Assembly: GCA_044338255.1 (NCBI GenBank)
Contig: JBIILZ010000003.1
Span: 757-64,756 of the forward strand
Origin: Planctomycetota bacterium
Lineage (GTDB): Bacteria > Planctomycetota > UBA11346
Length of the DNA: 64,000 nucleotides
Direction of reading: 5' to 3'
A program made the position numbers and the translations under genes. The notes under the pieces were generated by a model. That model made no database searches and was not told the origin of the DNA. It saw only the letters and a list, made by a program, of their open reading frames with translations. Numbering within the stretch: the first letter of the stretch is position 1; the number at the start of each line of letters is the position of its first letter. Positions 1 to 12,000 of the stretch are shown here, piece by piece.

Positions 1-1347
1 CTGCTGCTGTGGTGCCTTTCCATTCCGACCTTCGCCGTCGAAGAGCAATGGTTCGTCGGCACCCTCGGCGGGCAGCCGCTGGTCTCGTTGCGCCAGGTCA
101 CAGAGGTCCTCGGTGACGGCAGACGTCAGACCGTGAGCGACATGCTCATGATCATTCGCCGGACGTTGCCCGGCCAGCCGGAATTCCGCATAGAACTTCG
201 CGAGTCGCAGACTCTGGTTGAGCAGGCCGATGGCACCCTGGTCAGCTTCCGCTTCGATCACGAGGAGAACGGCAGCGTGACCACCGCCAGCGGCACGGTC
301 GGCAAGGACTTCGTCGACGGTGTGCTCGCCCGCCTCGGACGGACGACACCGATCCACCTGCCGATTCCCGAAAAAATGCGCCTGCTGGGTGATGTCGCCG
401 CGCAGGGGGCGTTGGCCAAGTCGGGTCTGGCAGTGGGGGCGACGACGACCTTCACCTCGCTCGGCCTGATCAGCAATCAGGTGACGATCCTCACCAGCAC
501 CGCCACCGCCCGCGGGCATGAGAATGGCAGGCTGCTCTTCGACGTCGTTGCCGATGCCGTGCCGCTGCCAATGCAGGTGCGCCTGCTGCCTAGCGGCGAA
601 CTCGCGGGCATGACCATGAACCTCGGGGTGATGGTCCTCGAGCTGAAACCCTCGGCGGGCCCGGTGGCCTTGCGCGGCGCGGAGTTGCCTCCGACCGGCC
701 TGGTGGTGGCGGCCGGGCCGATCCCCGGTCTCGGCGCTAGCAACCGCCTGCGTATTCCTGCTGGGGTGCCCTTGCCCGCCGATCCATTCCAGCACGAGGA
801 AGCCGATCTGGTCACGGTTCTCGCCGAGGCGCTACCCTCAGCCGTGACCGCGGTCGAGCGCGAACGTTATCTTGCAGCCACGCCCCAACTCGAGCTCGAT
901 GATCCGACGCTGCGGGAGTGGGTGCTCGCCAGCGCCGGAGCGGGCGGCGTCAGCGAGCGTGCCGAGCGTTTGCGCCTGGCGGTGCGTTCGCACATCAGCA
1001 TCAAGGATCTCACCAAGGGCGACGGCTCGGCCTTGGAGACCTTCCGCAGCCGGCGCGGTGACTGCACCGAGCATGCGGCCCTGTTGGCGGCGGCTCTGCG
1101 CATTGCCGGCATTCCCGCGCGGGTCGAGGTCGGCCTGGTCTTCGCCGCCGACTATGGCGGCTGGGTCGGGCATGCCTGGAACCAGGCCTATGACGGCCAA
1201 CGCTGGATCCATCTCGACAGCGCCTATCCGGGCATTGTCCGTTCGCGCTACCTCGGCTTGGGCTTCGCCGATGGCCTGCAGACCGGTGCGGCTCTGATGG
1301 TCCAGCTCAACCGCTTTCTTGGTAAGACTGTGACCGTGGTGCCGTAA
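1..1347 (+). CDS. transglutaminase-like domain protein, 5' end outside window
   Basis: Frame 1 is open from base 1 (LLLWCLSIPTFA... looks like the end of a signal peptide). The C-terminal core RRGDCTEHAALLAAALRIAGIPARV...GHAWNQAY...IHLDSA has the Cys/His/Asp arrangement of transglutaminase-core proteins. Confidence 0.75.
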   Translation: MLLWCLSIPTFAVEEQWFVGTLGGQPLVSLRQVTEVLGDGRRQTVSDMLMIIRRTLPGQPEFRIELRESQTLVEQADGTLVSFRFDHEENGSVTTASGTVGKDFVDGVLARLGRTTPIHLPIPEKMRLLGDVAAQGALAKSGLAVGATTTFTSLGLISNQVTILTSTATARGHENGRLLFDVVADAVPLPMQVRLLPSGELAGMTMNLGVMVLELKPSAGPVALRGAELPPTGLVVAAGPIPGLGASNRLRIPAGVPLPADPFQHEEADLVTVLAEALPSAVTAVERERYLAATPQLELDDPTLREWVLASAGAGGVSERAERLRLAVRSHISIKDLTKGDGSALETFRSRRGDCTEHAALLAAALRIAGIPARVEVGLVFAADYGGWVGHAWNQAYDGQRWIHLDSAYPGIVRSRYLGLGFADGLQTGAALMVQLNRFLGKTVTVVP

Positions 1348-1361
1348 CCTGGTCGCATAAA

Positions 1362-1389
1362 AAAGCCCCGAGCAAATGCCCGGGGCTTT
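1362..1389. terminator. bidirectional hairpin terminator
   Basis: AAAGCCCCG-N10-CGGGGCTTT with an A-run upstream and a T-run downstream. It lies in the 62-bp gap between the convergent transglutaminase-like gene and atpC. Confidence 0.7.
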
Positions 1390-1409
1390 CACGTTCAGCT
1401 CGTTCGCGA

Positions 1410-1832
1410 TCAGCTGACTTTGCGCGATCCAGATTCGCCCGAGCGACTGAGGGCGATCGACTGCTGCATCAAGAACCACTGCGCCTCGGCCTCGTTGCGC
1501 TTGATGGTGGCTTGGTCGGTGGCGTTGCTCGATCCGAGCTGATCGAGCTTCTTCTGAATCAGCTCAAGGTCGATGCTCTTGAAATCGACGGCGGCTTCGA
1601 CGAACAAGCGGACCTGGTCGTTGAGGACCTGGGCCACACCGCCCTTGAGGGCGACGTTGAACTCTTTGCCGGCGAGGTCGCGGATCATCGCAAAGCCGAC
1701 CTTGAGCTGCGCCACCATCGGCGCCATGCCGGTGCGGACACCGACCTGGCCATCGACGGCGGTGAAGGTCACGTGGCTGGCCTGGTAGGGTGGCAGCGCA
1801 CGTTCAGGGGTGATGATCGACACGGTCAGCAT
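1410..1832 (-). CDS. atpC: F1 ATP synthase subunit epsilon
   Basis: 140 aa. The N-terminal sequence ITPERALPPYQASHVTFTAVDGQVGVRTGMAPMVAQL is typical of epsilon. It is the last gene of the atp operon, directly after atpD. Confidence 0.9.
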   Translation of the reverse strand: MLTVSIITPERALPPYQASHVTFTAVDGQVGVRTGMAPMVAQLKVGFAMIRDLAGKEFNVALKGGVAQVLNDQVRLFVEAAVDFKSIDLELIQKKLDQLGSSNATDQATIKRNEAEAQWFLMQQSIALSRSGESGSRKVS

Positions 1833-1891
1833 GGCAGGGTTCCGCTTGTCAGGGTTCGTGTTGGACGGTGCTCAGGCGAGCACCGGGACAC

Positions 1892-3397
<1,506 letters not shown>

Positions 3398-3411
3398 TTA
3401 CGTGAGGAGGA

Positions 3412-4302
3412 TCAGGCCATGGCCTCGACCGCGCCGGTGATCTCAGCGATCTCCTGCGTGATCTTGGCTTGGCGGCCACGGTTGTAGGCGCCACCGAGGG
3501 CCTTGACCATGTCATTGGCGGCGTCGGTGGCGTTCTTCATGGCCACGCGGCGCGCGGCATGCTCGGCGGCACTGGTCTGCAACATGGCGCTGAACAAGGC
3601 GGTCTTGATCACCTGCGGCACCAGGGCGGTGAGCAGATCTTCAGCGTCGGGGATGAACTCGTATTGCGGCTTGTGGCCGGCGACGGTGGTCGCGACAGGG
3701 GTCGCGGCAGGGGCAGCTGCATCGCCACCGGCCGGCAGCAGCATGAGCAGGTCGGGGACCTGGCGGGCGGCGGAGATGAAACGCGAATACACGACTTCAA
3801 CGACATCGACCTTCTTGTCGAGGAAGCGCTGGATGGCGTCATCGGCCAGGGGCTCGGCCTGAGCATACTTGGTCGCCCCGATGATCCCGCTGTGCGCGCT
3901 CACCGGCGTCATGCCGTTGAAGCGCAGAGTCGAGGCAGCCTTCTTGGAAAGGGCCACGAACTCGACGGTGTAACCCTTGGCGCGGTGCTCGGCGGCGCGC
4001 TTGAGGGCCAGCGCCGCGAGGTTGGCGTTGAAGGCGCCGGCGAGGCCGCGATCGGAACAGGCGAGGAGGATGCGTACGACCTTGGGCGCACGCTTGGCCA
4101 TCAACGGATGGCTGACACCACCGGCGGCGGCGGCCAGCTCGGACATCAATTGCCGCAGACCTTCGGCGTAAGGCCGAGAAGCGGCAGCCGCATCCTGCGC
4201 CTTCTTGAGCTTGGCGGAGGACACCAGCTCCATGGTGCGCGTGATCTTCTTGGTGTTCGCAGCACCTTTACGGCGCTTACGGAGGTCGCGGAGATTGGCC
4301 AT
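3412..4302 (-). CDS. atpG: F1 ATP synthase subunit gamma
   Basis: 296 aa. It starts MANLRDLRKR and ends ITQEIAEITGAVEAM, the conserved gamma termini. It lies between atpA and atpD. Confidence 0.95.
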   Translation of the reverse strand: MANLRDLRKRRKGAANTKKITRTMELVSSAKLKKAQDAAAASRPYAEGLRQLMSELAAAAGGVSHPLMAKRAPKVVRILLACSDRGLAGAFNANLAALALKRAAEHRAKGYTVEFVALSKKAASTLRFNGMTPVSAHSGIIGATKYAQAEPLADDAIQRFLDKKVDVVEVVYSRFISAARQVPDLLMLLPAGGDAAAPAATPVATTVAGHKPQYEFIPDAEDLLTALVPQVIKTALFSAMLQTSAAEHAARRVAMKNATDAANDMVKALGGAYNRGRQAKITQEIAEITGAVEAMA

Positions 4303-4309
4303 GTTCGAC

Positions 4310-5914
<1,605 letters not shown>

Positions 5915-5974
5915 TGGGAGCTCGGTGCTATCTGGGAGTGAGATCTGAAAGGAAAATAAGGTTCGGGCCGTGTC

Positions 5975-6538
5975 TTAGACGTCGGCGGCCCACAGATGGT
6001 CGGTGACCGGAGTGGTGAGCATCGCCTGACGCATCTCGACCAGCTGGCGCTTGATGCTGGCATCGACGTAGTTGTCACCGATGCGCGCGGTGTAGCCGCC
6101 GATCAGGCTAGCATCGACGCTGATGTCGAGCTGTGCGCCCTGGCCCTGGCGATCCTTGATGCGTGCATCGAAGGGGGTGCGGAAGGCGTCGGTCATGGCC
6201 ACGGCGACCTTGACCTTGACGTGGATGATGCCTTCTTCGGCTTCGAACTGGCGGATGGTCTCGCCGAGAATCTCGGCCGCCGATTCCAGGCGATTGCGAT
6301 CGACCAGCAACTGCAGGAGATCGTAGATCTCCTTGGGTTCGTTGGCGACCACGCCGCCAACGGTCTGCTTGGCGAGGGTCTTGCCCACCAGCGGATTGTC
6401 GAGCGGACGCAGGACCTCGGCGCTGAGCGCGTCGATGAGTTTGCGGCAGGAGGCGATGACCGCCTCGGTCGTGCCGCGCTCGCGGGCGACCGCGAGCAGG
6501 GCAGCAGCATAGACGCCGGGAATGGTGGCGGAGGCCAT
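5975..6538 (-). CDS. atpH: F1 ATP synthase subunit delta (OSCP)
   Basis: 187 aa. It occupies the canonical position between atpF and atpA and has an OSCP-like C-terminus (LIGGYTARIGDNYVDASI). Confidence 0.85.
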   Translation of the reverse strand: MASATIPGVYAAALLAVARERGTTEAVIASCRKLIDALSAEVLRPLDNPLVGKTLAKQTVGGVVANEPKEIYDLLQLLVDRNRLESAAEILGETIRQFEAEEGIIHVKVKVAVAMTDAFRTPFDARIKDRQGQGAQLDISVDASLIGGYTARIGDNYVDASIKRQLVEMRQAMLTTPVTDHLWAADV

Positions 6539-6549
6539 GGTTGGTTCCG

Positions 6550-7050
6550 TCAGGCGTTCTGCGCGTCGAAACGCGCGAGGGCGGCCGTGATCAGGTCTTC
6601 ATGCTTGGCGGCATCGAGGCGTTCGCTGATGACCTTTTCCGCCACCAGAGTGGCGACTTCGGCAATCTGCTTGCGCAGGTTGGCCACCGCCGCGTGACGG
6701 GCGGCTTCGATCTCGCGCAGGGCGCGGACGCGCAGCGCTTCGATCTCGACCCGACCATGCTCGATGAGCTTGGCCTTGTGGTCTTCGGCATCACGGCGCA
6801 CTTCCGCCATCAGCTCGGCGATACGCACTTCGTGGGCCTTGCGCTCCTTCTCGTTCTCTTCGCGCTGACGCTTGGCCTGGCCGGCAGCCTCTTCGGCTTC
6901 CAGCAGATCCTTGCGGATCTTGGCTTCGCGGGCATCGACGGCGACGAGGATCTGCTTCACCCCGACCTTGAAGAGAATCAAGGCGAAGGCCACGAAGGCC
7001 GACAGGCCCCAGATGAATTGCGGCAGATTGCTGGTGAGAATCTCGTTCAT
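6550..7050 (-). CDS. atpF: Fo ATP synthase subunit b
   Basis: 166 aa with a single N-terminal TM helix followed by a long charged Ala/Glu/Arg-rich helix. Operon position supports the call. Confidence 0.85.
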   Translation of the reverse strand: MNEILTSNLPQFIWGLSAFVAFALILFKVGVKQILVAVDAREAKIRKDLLEAEEAAGQAKRQREENEKERKAHEVRIAELMAEVRRDAEDHKAKLIEHGRVEIEALRVRALREIEAARHAAVANLRKQIAEVATLVAEKVISERLDAAKHEDLITAALARFDAQNA

Positions 7051-7137
7051 GTCTGTCCCAATGGCCCACAGGCGGCAGTGTCCGAATCGACGTGCGACGT
7101 AACTGGCCCGGCCGCGACGGCGACCGGGCCCGACGAC

Positions 7138-7449
7138 TTAGTTCAGAATGAAGGTCAGCACGAAGCCGATGAGGGCCAGGGCTTCGATGAAGGCGAAGCC
7201 GAGGAAGGCCATCGTGCGCAGCTGGGCAGCTTGTTCGGGCTGGCGGGCCATGCCCGAGATCGCCGAGAAGAACACCAGGCCGATGCCGATGGCGCCACCG
7301 AAGGCGGCGAGGCCGAAGGCCAAGCCTTTGCCGAGGACAGCGAGGCCGTGATTCATGTCGCCGCTAGCGGCTTTTGCTGATTCGACAGCGATTTCCGCAG
7401 TCGGGATGCTCTGGGCGAGGGTGGAGACGAGGGTGACGAGGTCGGCCAT
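7138..7449 (-). CDS. atpE: Fo ATP synthase subunit c
   Basis: Helical hairpin GLAAFGGAIGIGLVF...ARQPE...FAFIEALALIGFV with the carboxylate Glu. The 7449 start gives a 31-aa N-terminal extension. An alternative ATG at 7356 gives a 72-aa canonical protein. Confidence 0.9.
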   Translation of the reverse strand: MADLVTLVSTLAQSIPTAEIAVESAKAASGDMNHGLAVLGKGLAFGLAAFGGAIGIGLVFFSAISGMARQPEQAAQLRTMAFLGFAFIEALALIGFVLTFILN

Positions 7450-7479
7450 GATGGGCTCCTAGAGGGAAAACGGGTTGAA

Positions 7480-8499
7480 TCAGTGTTCGGGGTGGATGCA
7501 CGAGCCGATGAACACGGCACTGAGCATCACGAAGACGTAAGCCTGGACGAGGGCGACCAGCAGCTCGAGGAAATAGAAACCGACGGCGACGACCCAGCCA
7601 AAGACACCCAGGCCAAAGGTCATGGCGAGGTTGCTTGGATCGCCGGCGTAGACGATGAATCCGAGGCTGGCGAAGACCAACAGCAGGGTGTGGCCGGCGA
7701 GCATGTTGGCGAAGAGTCGGATGGCGAGGACCGCGGGTTTGATCAACAAGCTCATCCACTCAAGAAATAGGAGCAGGACGAACACGAAGGCATCCATCGG
7801 ATTCCAGCTGAACTTCACCGGCACCAGCTTGAACCAGAAGCCACCGGCGCCGTTATGGACCATGCCGAGCACGACCATCAGAGCGAAGATCGGCAAGGCG
7901 AAGGCGACGGTGACCGCAAAGCTGCCGGTGGCGGTCGCGAACAGCGGGATGATGCCGAACAAATTGCACGTCAGCAGCATCAGAAAGAGGCCCGTCAGGA
8001 ACGGCGTCCAGGCATCGGGATGGTGGGGAATGTTGGGGCGCACGACGTCGTCACGGATGTAGAGCACGACGGCTTCCATCATGTGGCCGAAACGCCCGGC
8101 GGGCACCAGCTGATCGGCCCGACGGCGATTGAACACCAGCAGCGTGAGGGCCATGAGGGTCAAGGCGACCGTCGACCAGAATGTCTGCTGGGTGAAGAAC
8201 GACAGAGCGCGGGGCATGGTCGCCAAGGCGCCGTGTTCGGCCACGGTCATGGCCTTGGCGAGGACGCCGGCTTCGACGCCGCTGTGGCTCTGGGCGTAGT
8301 TCGCGGCCCATGCGGTGATGTCGGGGCTCGGGATGGACGTCGCAAAAGCTTCTTCGTGGGTGATCGTCTCAAGATTGTGCTGGGCGTAGGCCGGCAGGTT
8401 CAAAATGAGCTTGAAGCCTGAGCCGTGCACCCATTCGATGGCCGGGTACGGGCTATTATGGCTCGCGTTGAGGGCAGCGAAATTGAAGACGTCAGACAC
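7480..8499 (-). CDS. atpB: Fo ATP synthase subunit a
   Basis: 339 aa with AIRLFANMLAGH containing the essential Arg. GTG start at 8499 is preceded by GGAGA. It carries roughly 100 extra N-terminal residues compared with typical a subunits. Confidence 0.93.
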   Translation of the reverse strand: MSDVFNFAALNASHNSPYPAIEWVHGSGFKLILNLPAYAQHNLETITHEEAFATSIPSPDITAWAANYAQSHSGVEAGVLAKAMTVAEHGALATMPRALSFFTQQTFWSTVALTLMALTLLVFNRRRADQLVPAGRFGHMMEAVVLYIRDDVVRPNIPHHPDAWTPFLTGLFLMLLTCNLFGIIPLFATATGSFAVTVAFALPIFALMVVLGMVHNGAGGFWFKLVPVKFSWNPMDAFVFVLLLFLEWMSLLIKPAVLAIRLFANMLAGHTLLLVFASLGFIVYAGDPSNLAMTFGLGVFGWVVAVGFYFLELLVALVQAYVFVMLSAVFIGSCIHPEH

Positions 8500-8516
8500 A
8501 GTACGGTCTCCAGCCG

Positions 8517-8580
8517 GCGGGCAGGTAGGTGCAGTCAGCGGGCAGGCAGGTGCAGTCAGCGGGCAGGCAGGTGCAGTTCA
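8517..8580 (-). repeat. 3 x 21/22-nt tandem repeat in the atpI-atpB spacer
   Basis: Plus strand reads GCGGGCAGGTAGGTGCAGTCA / GCGGGCAGGCAGGTGCAGTCA / GCGGGCAGGCAGGTGCAGTTCA. On the coding strand each unit begins with TGA, and the first TGA is the atpI stop codon. Confidence 0.9.
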
Positions 8581-8829
8581 TCGGCTGCCTTCGCGGATGA
8601 CCAGATAGATGCCAGCGGCCATGAACAGCAGTGAGCTTCCAAGCGTCGCCCAGGGCATGCTATTGAAATGGTAATCGATGCCGAGCCCGAGGGCGACACC
8701 GATGATCACGGCACCGATCAACAGCCACGCCGCGCCCATTCCGGCAAGTCCGGCAAGCGGATTCGATTTTGGCTTCGGTGCAGCTGGTCGCTGATCGTTG
8801 CTCATCATAACGTGGGCGGTGATTGGCAT
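8578..8829 (-). CDS. atpI: small membrane protein, AtpI/AtpZ-like
   Basis: 83 aa with two predicted TM helices (AAWLLIGAVIIGVALGLGI; LGSSLLFMAAGIYLVI). It is the first gene of the atp operon, as AtpI/AtpZ proteins are. Confidence 0.6.
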   Translation of the reverse strand: MPITAHVMMSNDQRPAAPKPKSNPLAGLAGMGAAWLLIGAVIIGVALGLGIDYHFNSMPWATLGSSLLFMAAGIYLVIREGSR

Positions 8830-9080
8830 GAGTAGTCGGGTGGCACCCTAACTCGTGCGTCAATGCGTCAATGTCAGCACGATTCGGTATGTTGTTCCGT
8901 AACCGATACCGAACCAATGCATGTGTTTTTGTTATCCCACAAACGTCTGTGCCCTGCAACTACGGGGATGACGATCAGACCGATTCATAAGGATTTTCGT
9001 ATCGTCAGCTACTGTCAGCTACTGATTGCGCCTTGGTCAGGGGGTTAAGACTGCCCGTCCCATGGTCATAAGCAGCCTCC

Positions 9081-12000
9081 ATGCATGAGCCTTCTCGTCC
9101 GCTGACGGATGGCGTGCACCCGCTCGATCCGCCACGATCCAGCCCCCGCACCGGCTTCGACGCCGAGGATCTGGCGGCGACCGCGCCAGCCATGGGTTGG
9201 GATCAGGCGCAGACGGTGCCGGCTTCGGCGCCGCTTCCGGGTTCCGGTCCATCGGCGGATGAGACCTTGGTCGTGCAGCTGAATCGTCAGCTTGAGAGCG
9301 AGACCGTGCCTACGGAGCCCGCCTCCAACCGCATCGATCAGGATGCGACCCTCGTCGATCCCCAGATGGCGGCAGCGGCGGTAGCCGCCCGTCGTGAGCA
9401 TGCGGCCGCGAACCTCGCCGAGACGGTGCCGACCGCGATCGGGACTTCCGCGGAAGCGCAGACGTTGATTTCAACGCCGACGCCGGTCCCGGCTCCAGCT
9501 CCAGGATCGGGCTCAAGAGCAGCCACCCGCCCCGGTACCGGAAGTTTTTCGCAGACCGCCAGTGGAGCTCTTTCGGGGAGCTACACCCGCACCGGGACGC
9601 GCCTTGGGCGGACCCGTATCAACAATCATCTGCAGCTCACCGATCAGCAGTTGGATGAACGCCTGCAGCTGTCGCGGTCGTCGGTGCTCACCGATATGAC
9701 CGTCGCCCGTGGCCCGCAAGCGGTGCCCAAGGGTCTGCAGAAGCTGGTCACCGACCAGGGCACGGATGCCCGCTACCACATCAACCGGCCGCTGGCCGCC
9801 GGTGGCATGGGCGCGGTGCTCGACATCCAGGACAACGATTTCCGCCGCGGGGCGGCGATGAAGGTGATGCACGGGCGCTTCACCAATGATCCCCAGGCCC
9901 TTGAGCGTTTTCTCGCCGAGGCCCAGGTCACCGCCCAGCTCGAACACCCCAATATCGTGCCGATCCACGATATGGGCGTGATGCCCGATGGCTCGCTCTA
10001 CTTCACCATGAAGCTGATCGAAGGCCTGTCGCTGGGCGACGTGGTGAAATTGCAGCGCATCCACACGGGATTGCTGACGCGAGACGAATACCTTGCCGAG
10101 AAGGCCAAGAAGGAAGCGACGAAAAGCCCCGACCTGCGCAAGAGCAGCGAGCAGCTCGCCGCCGATTACGCTGCTGACGTCATCAAGGGCGCCGAGATCG
10201 CCGCGCGCTTCACCCAGGAAGCGACGCTGCTGATGTTCCTCAAGGTCCTCGATGGCGTGGGCTTCGCCCACAGCCGCGGGGTGGTGCATCGCGACATCAA
10301 GCCCGACAACATTATGCTCGGCGCCCATGGCGAAGTGCTGGTGGTCGACTGGGGCATTGCCAAGGTCCTCAAGAAGGCCGATCGCGAATCCGAGTTCGTG
10401 CGCAAGATCGAACGCGAGGTGGTGTCGCTGCGCGATGAGCAGGCGATCAGCGCCACGGTCACCGGCTCGGCTATGGGCACCTTGTTCTACATGCCTCCTG
10501 AACAGGCCTGCGGTGATCTCGAACGCCTCAATGGGCGCAGCGACATCTACGCTCTCGGCGCGACCTTGTACGAGCTGCTGGCCCTGCGTCGCTGCTTCGA
10601 AGCCAAGTCCCTGGCCGAAGCCCTGGCGATCATCACCACCGGTGACTGGGTGCCGCTCGATCGCGCCCTGCCCACGTTATCCAAGGATCTGGTGGCGATC
10701 GTGCACCGGGCGATGGCTCTTGACCCCGGGCGTCGCTATGGCGATTGCGGGCAGTTCGCTGACGACATCCGGCGCTACCTCGCCGGGCAAGCGGTCTTGG
10801 CTCGCCAGCGCAACGTCATCGAATTGATCGGCGCCTGGGTTGCGGCCCATAAGCGCCAGGTGCAGGTCGGCGCCGGCGGCCTGGCGCTGATCGTGGCGAC
10901 CATCACCGGCACCACCAGCTACCTGCACCATGCCATGGTCCAGGCCGGCAACGCCAAGCTCGGCGAAGCCCAGGTACGCTACGTGGCGGCGCAGAAATCC
11001 GACGCGCTCGAAGACTATCAGGAAGCGAAGCAGATCCTTGCCACCGCCAGCGGTTTCATCACCAATGATGGGCGCATCTCCGAGCTTCGCGAAGCCATCA
11101 ACCTCTCGATCAAGGATGCGCAACGTCGTCAGGACGAGGAGCGCAAACGTCAGGCGGCGCAGATTTCGGCGAAGCTCTCTTACGACGAGGCCCTCAAGCT
11201 GTGCGCGGAAGAGCGCTATGAAGATGCCGAGTCCAACATCAACGCCGCCTTGCGCATCGACCCGCTGAATGCGGATTTCCTCAAGACCCGTGATGAGGTG
11301 CGCCGCTTGCTCAACGACCGCCGGCTGCGTCAACGTGCCCAGCGGGCACGTGAGCTGCGCGCGCAGGCGGATGCGGCCCTGCTCACCGCCGGGCAGTTGA
11401 CGCTCGATGATGCGCAGGTGGTAGTCTTGCTGGATACGGCGAAGACCGCTTTCGATCAGCTCGAAGCCCTGTCAGAGGCCGGTACGCAGGACCAGATCCA
11501 GCGCTACACCGCCTTGCGCGTCGGCGCCGAACAGGCCCGCAACCATAAGCGTCTGGCCGCCGAGGCCGTGCCGCTCAAGAAGGCGGTCCGCGAAGCCCTC
11601 ACCGCCGCGCAGTATGAGGCGGCGCGCGCCGCCCTCGAACAGGCGCGCGGCAAGACTCCCGAGGACAAGGACCTGGTGCTGCTCAACGATGAGCTGGTGA
11701 GCGCCGAGACGCGCTACCACGATCAGCAGGCGGTGCTCAAGGCGCGCAAGGATGCCGATCAGGCCTTGGAGATGGCCGGCGGTTTCGAGAAGTCCGGCAA
11801 GCTCGACGAGGCCCTGGCGCGGATCGACGTGGCTTTGACCTTCGTGCCCAATGACGGCAAGGCCCTCGCCCTACGCGAGCAGGTGCTGGTCAAGAAGCGC
11901 CAAGCCGAACTGCAGGCCCGACGCACGGCGGCGATTGCCAGCGCCGAGGCGGCCATGACCGAAGCCGCTCAAGAGCAGAAGCTCAGCAGCGAAGCCGGGC

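Noticed and set aside
8845-8873. A promoter for the atp operon, built from the duplicated CATTGACG CATTGACG (two TTGACG -35-like boxes) and TAGGGT on the minus strand.
   Set aside because: The spacings to the only -10-like hexamer are 15 and 7 nt, neither of which is canonical. It is recorded as a direct 8-nt repeat in the promoter region but is not called as a feature.
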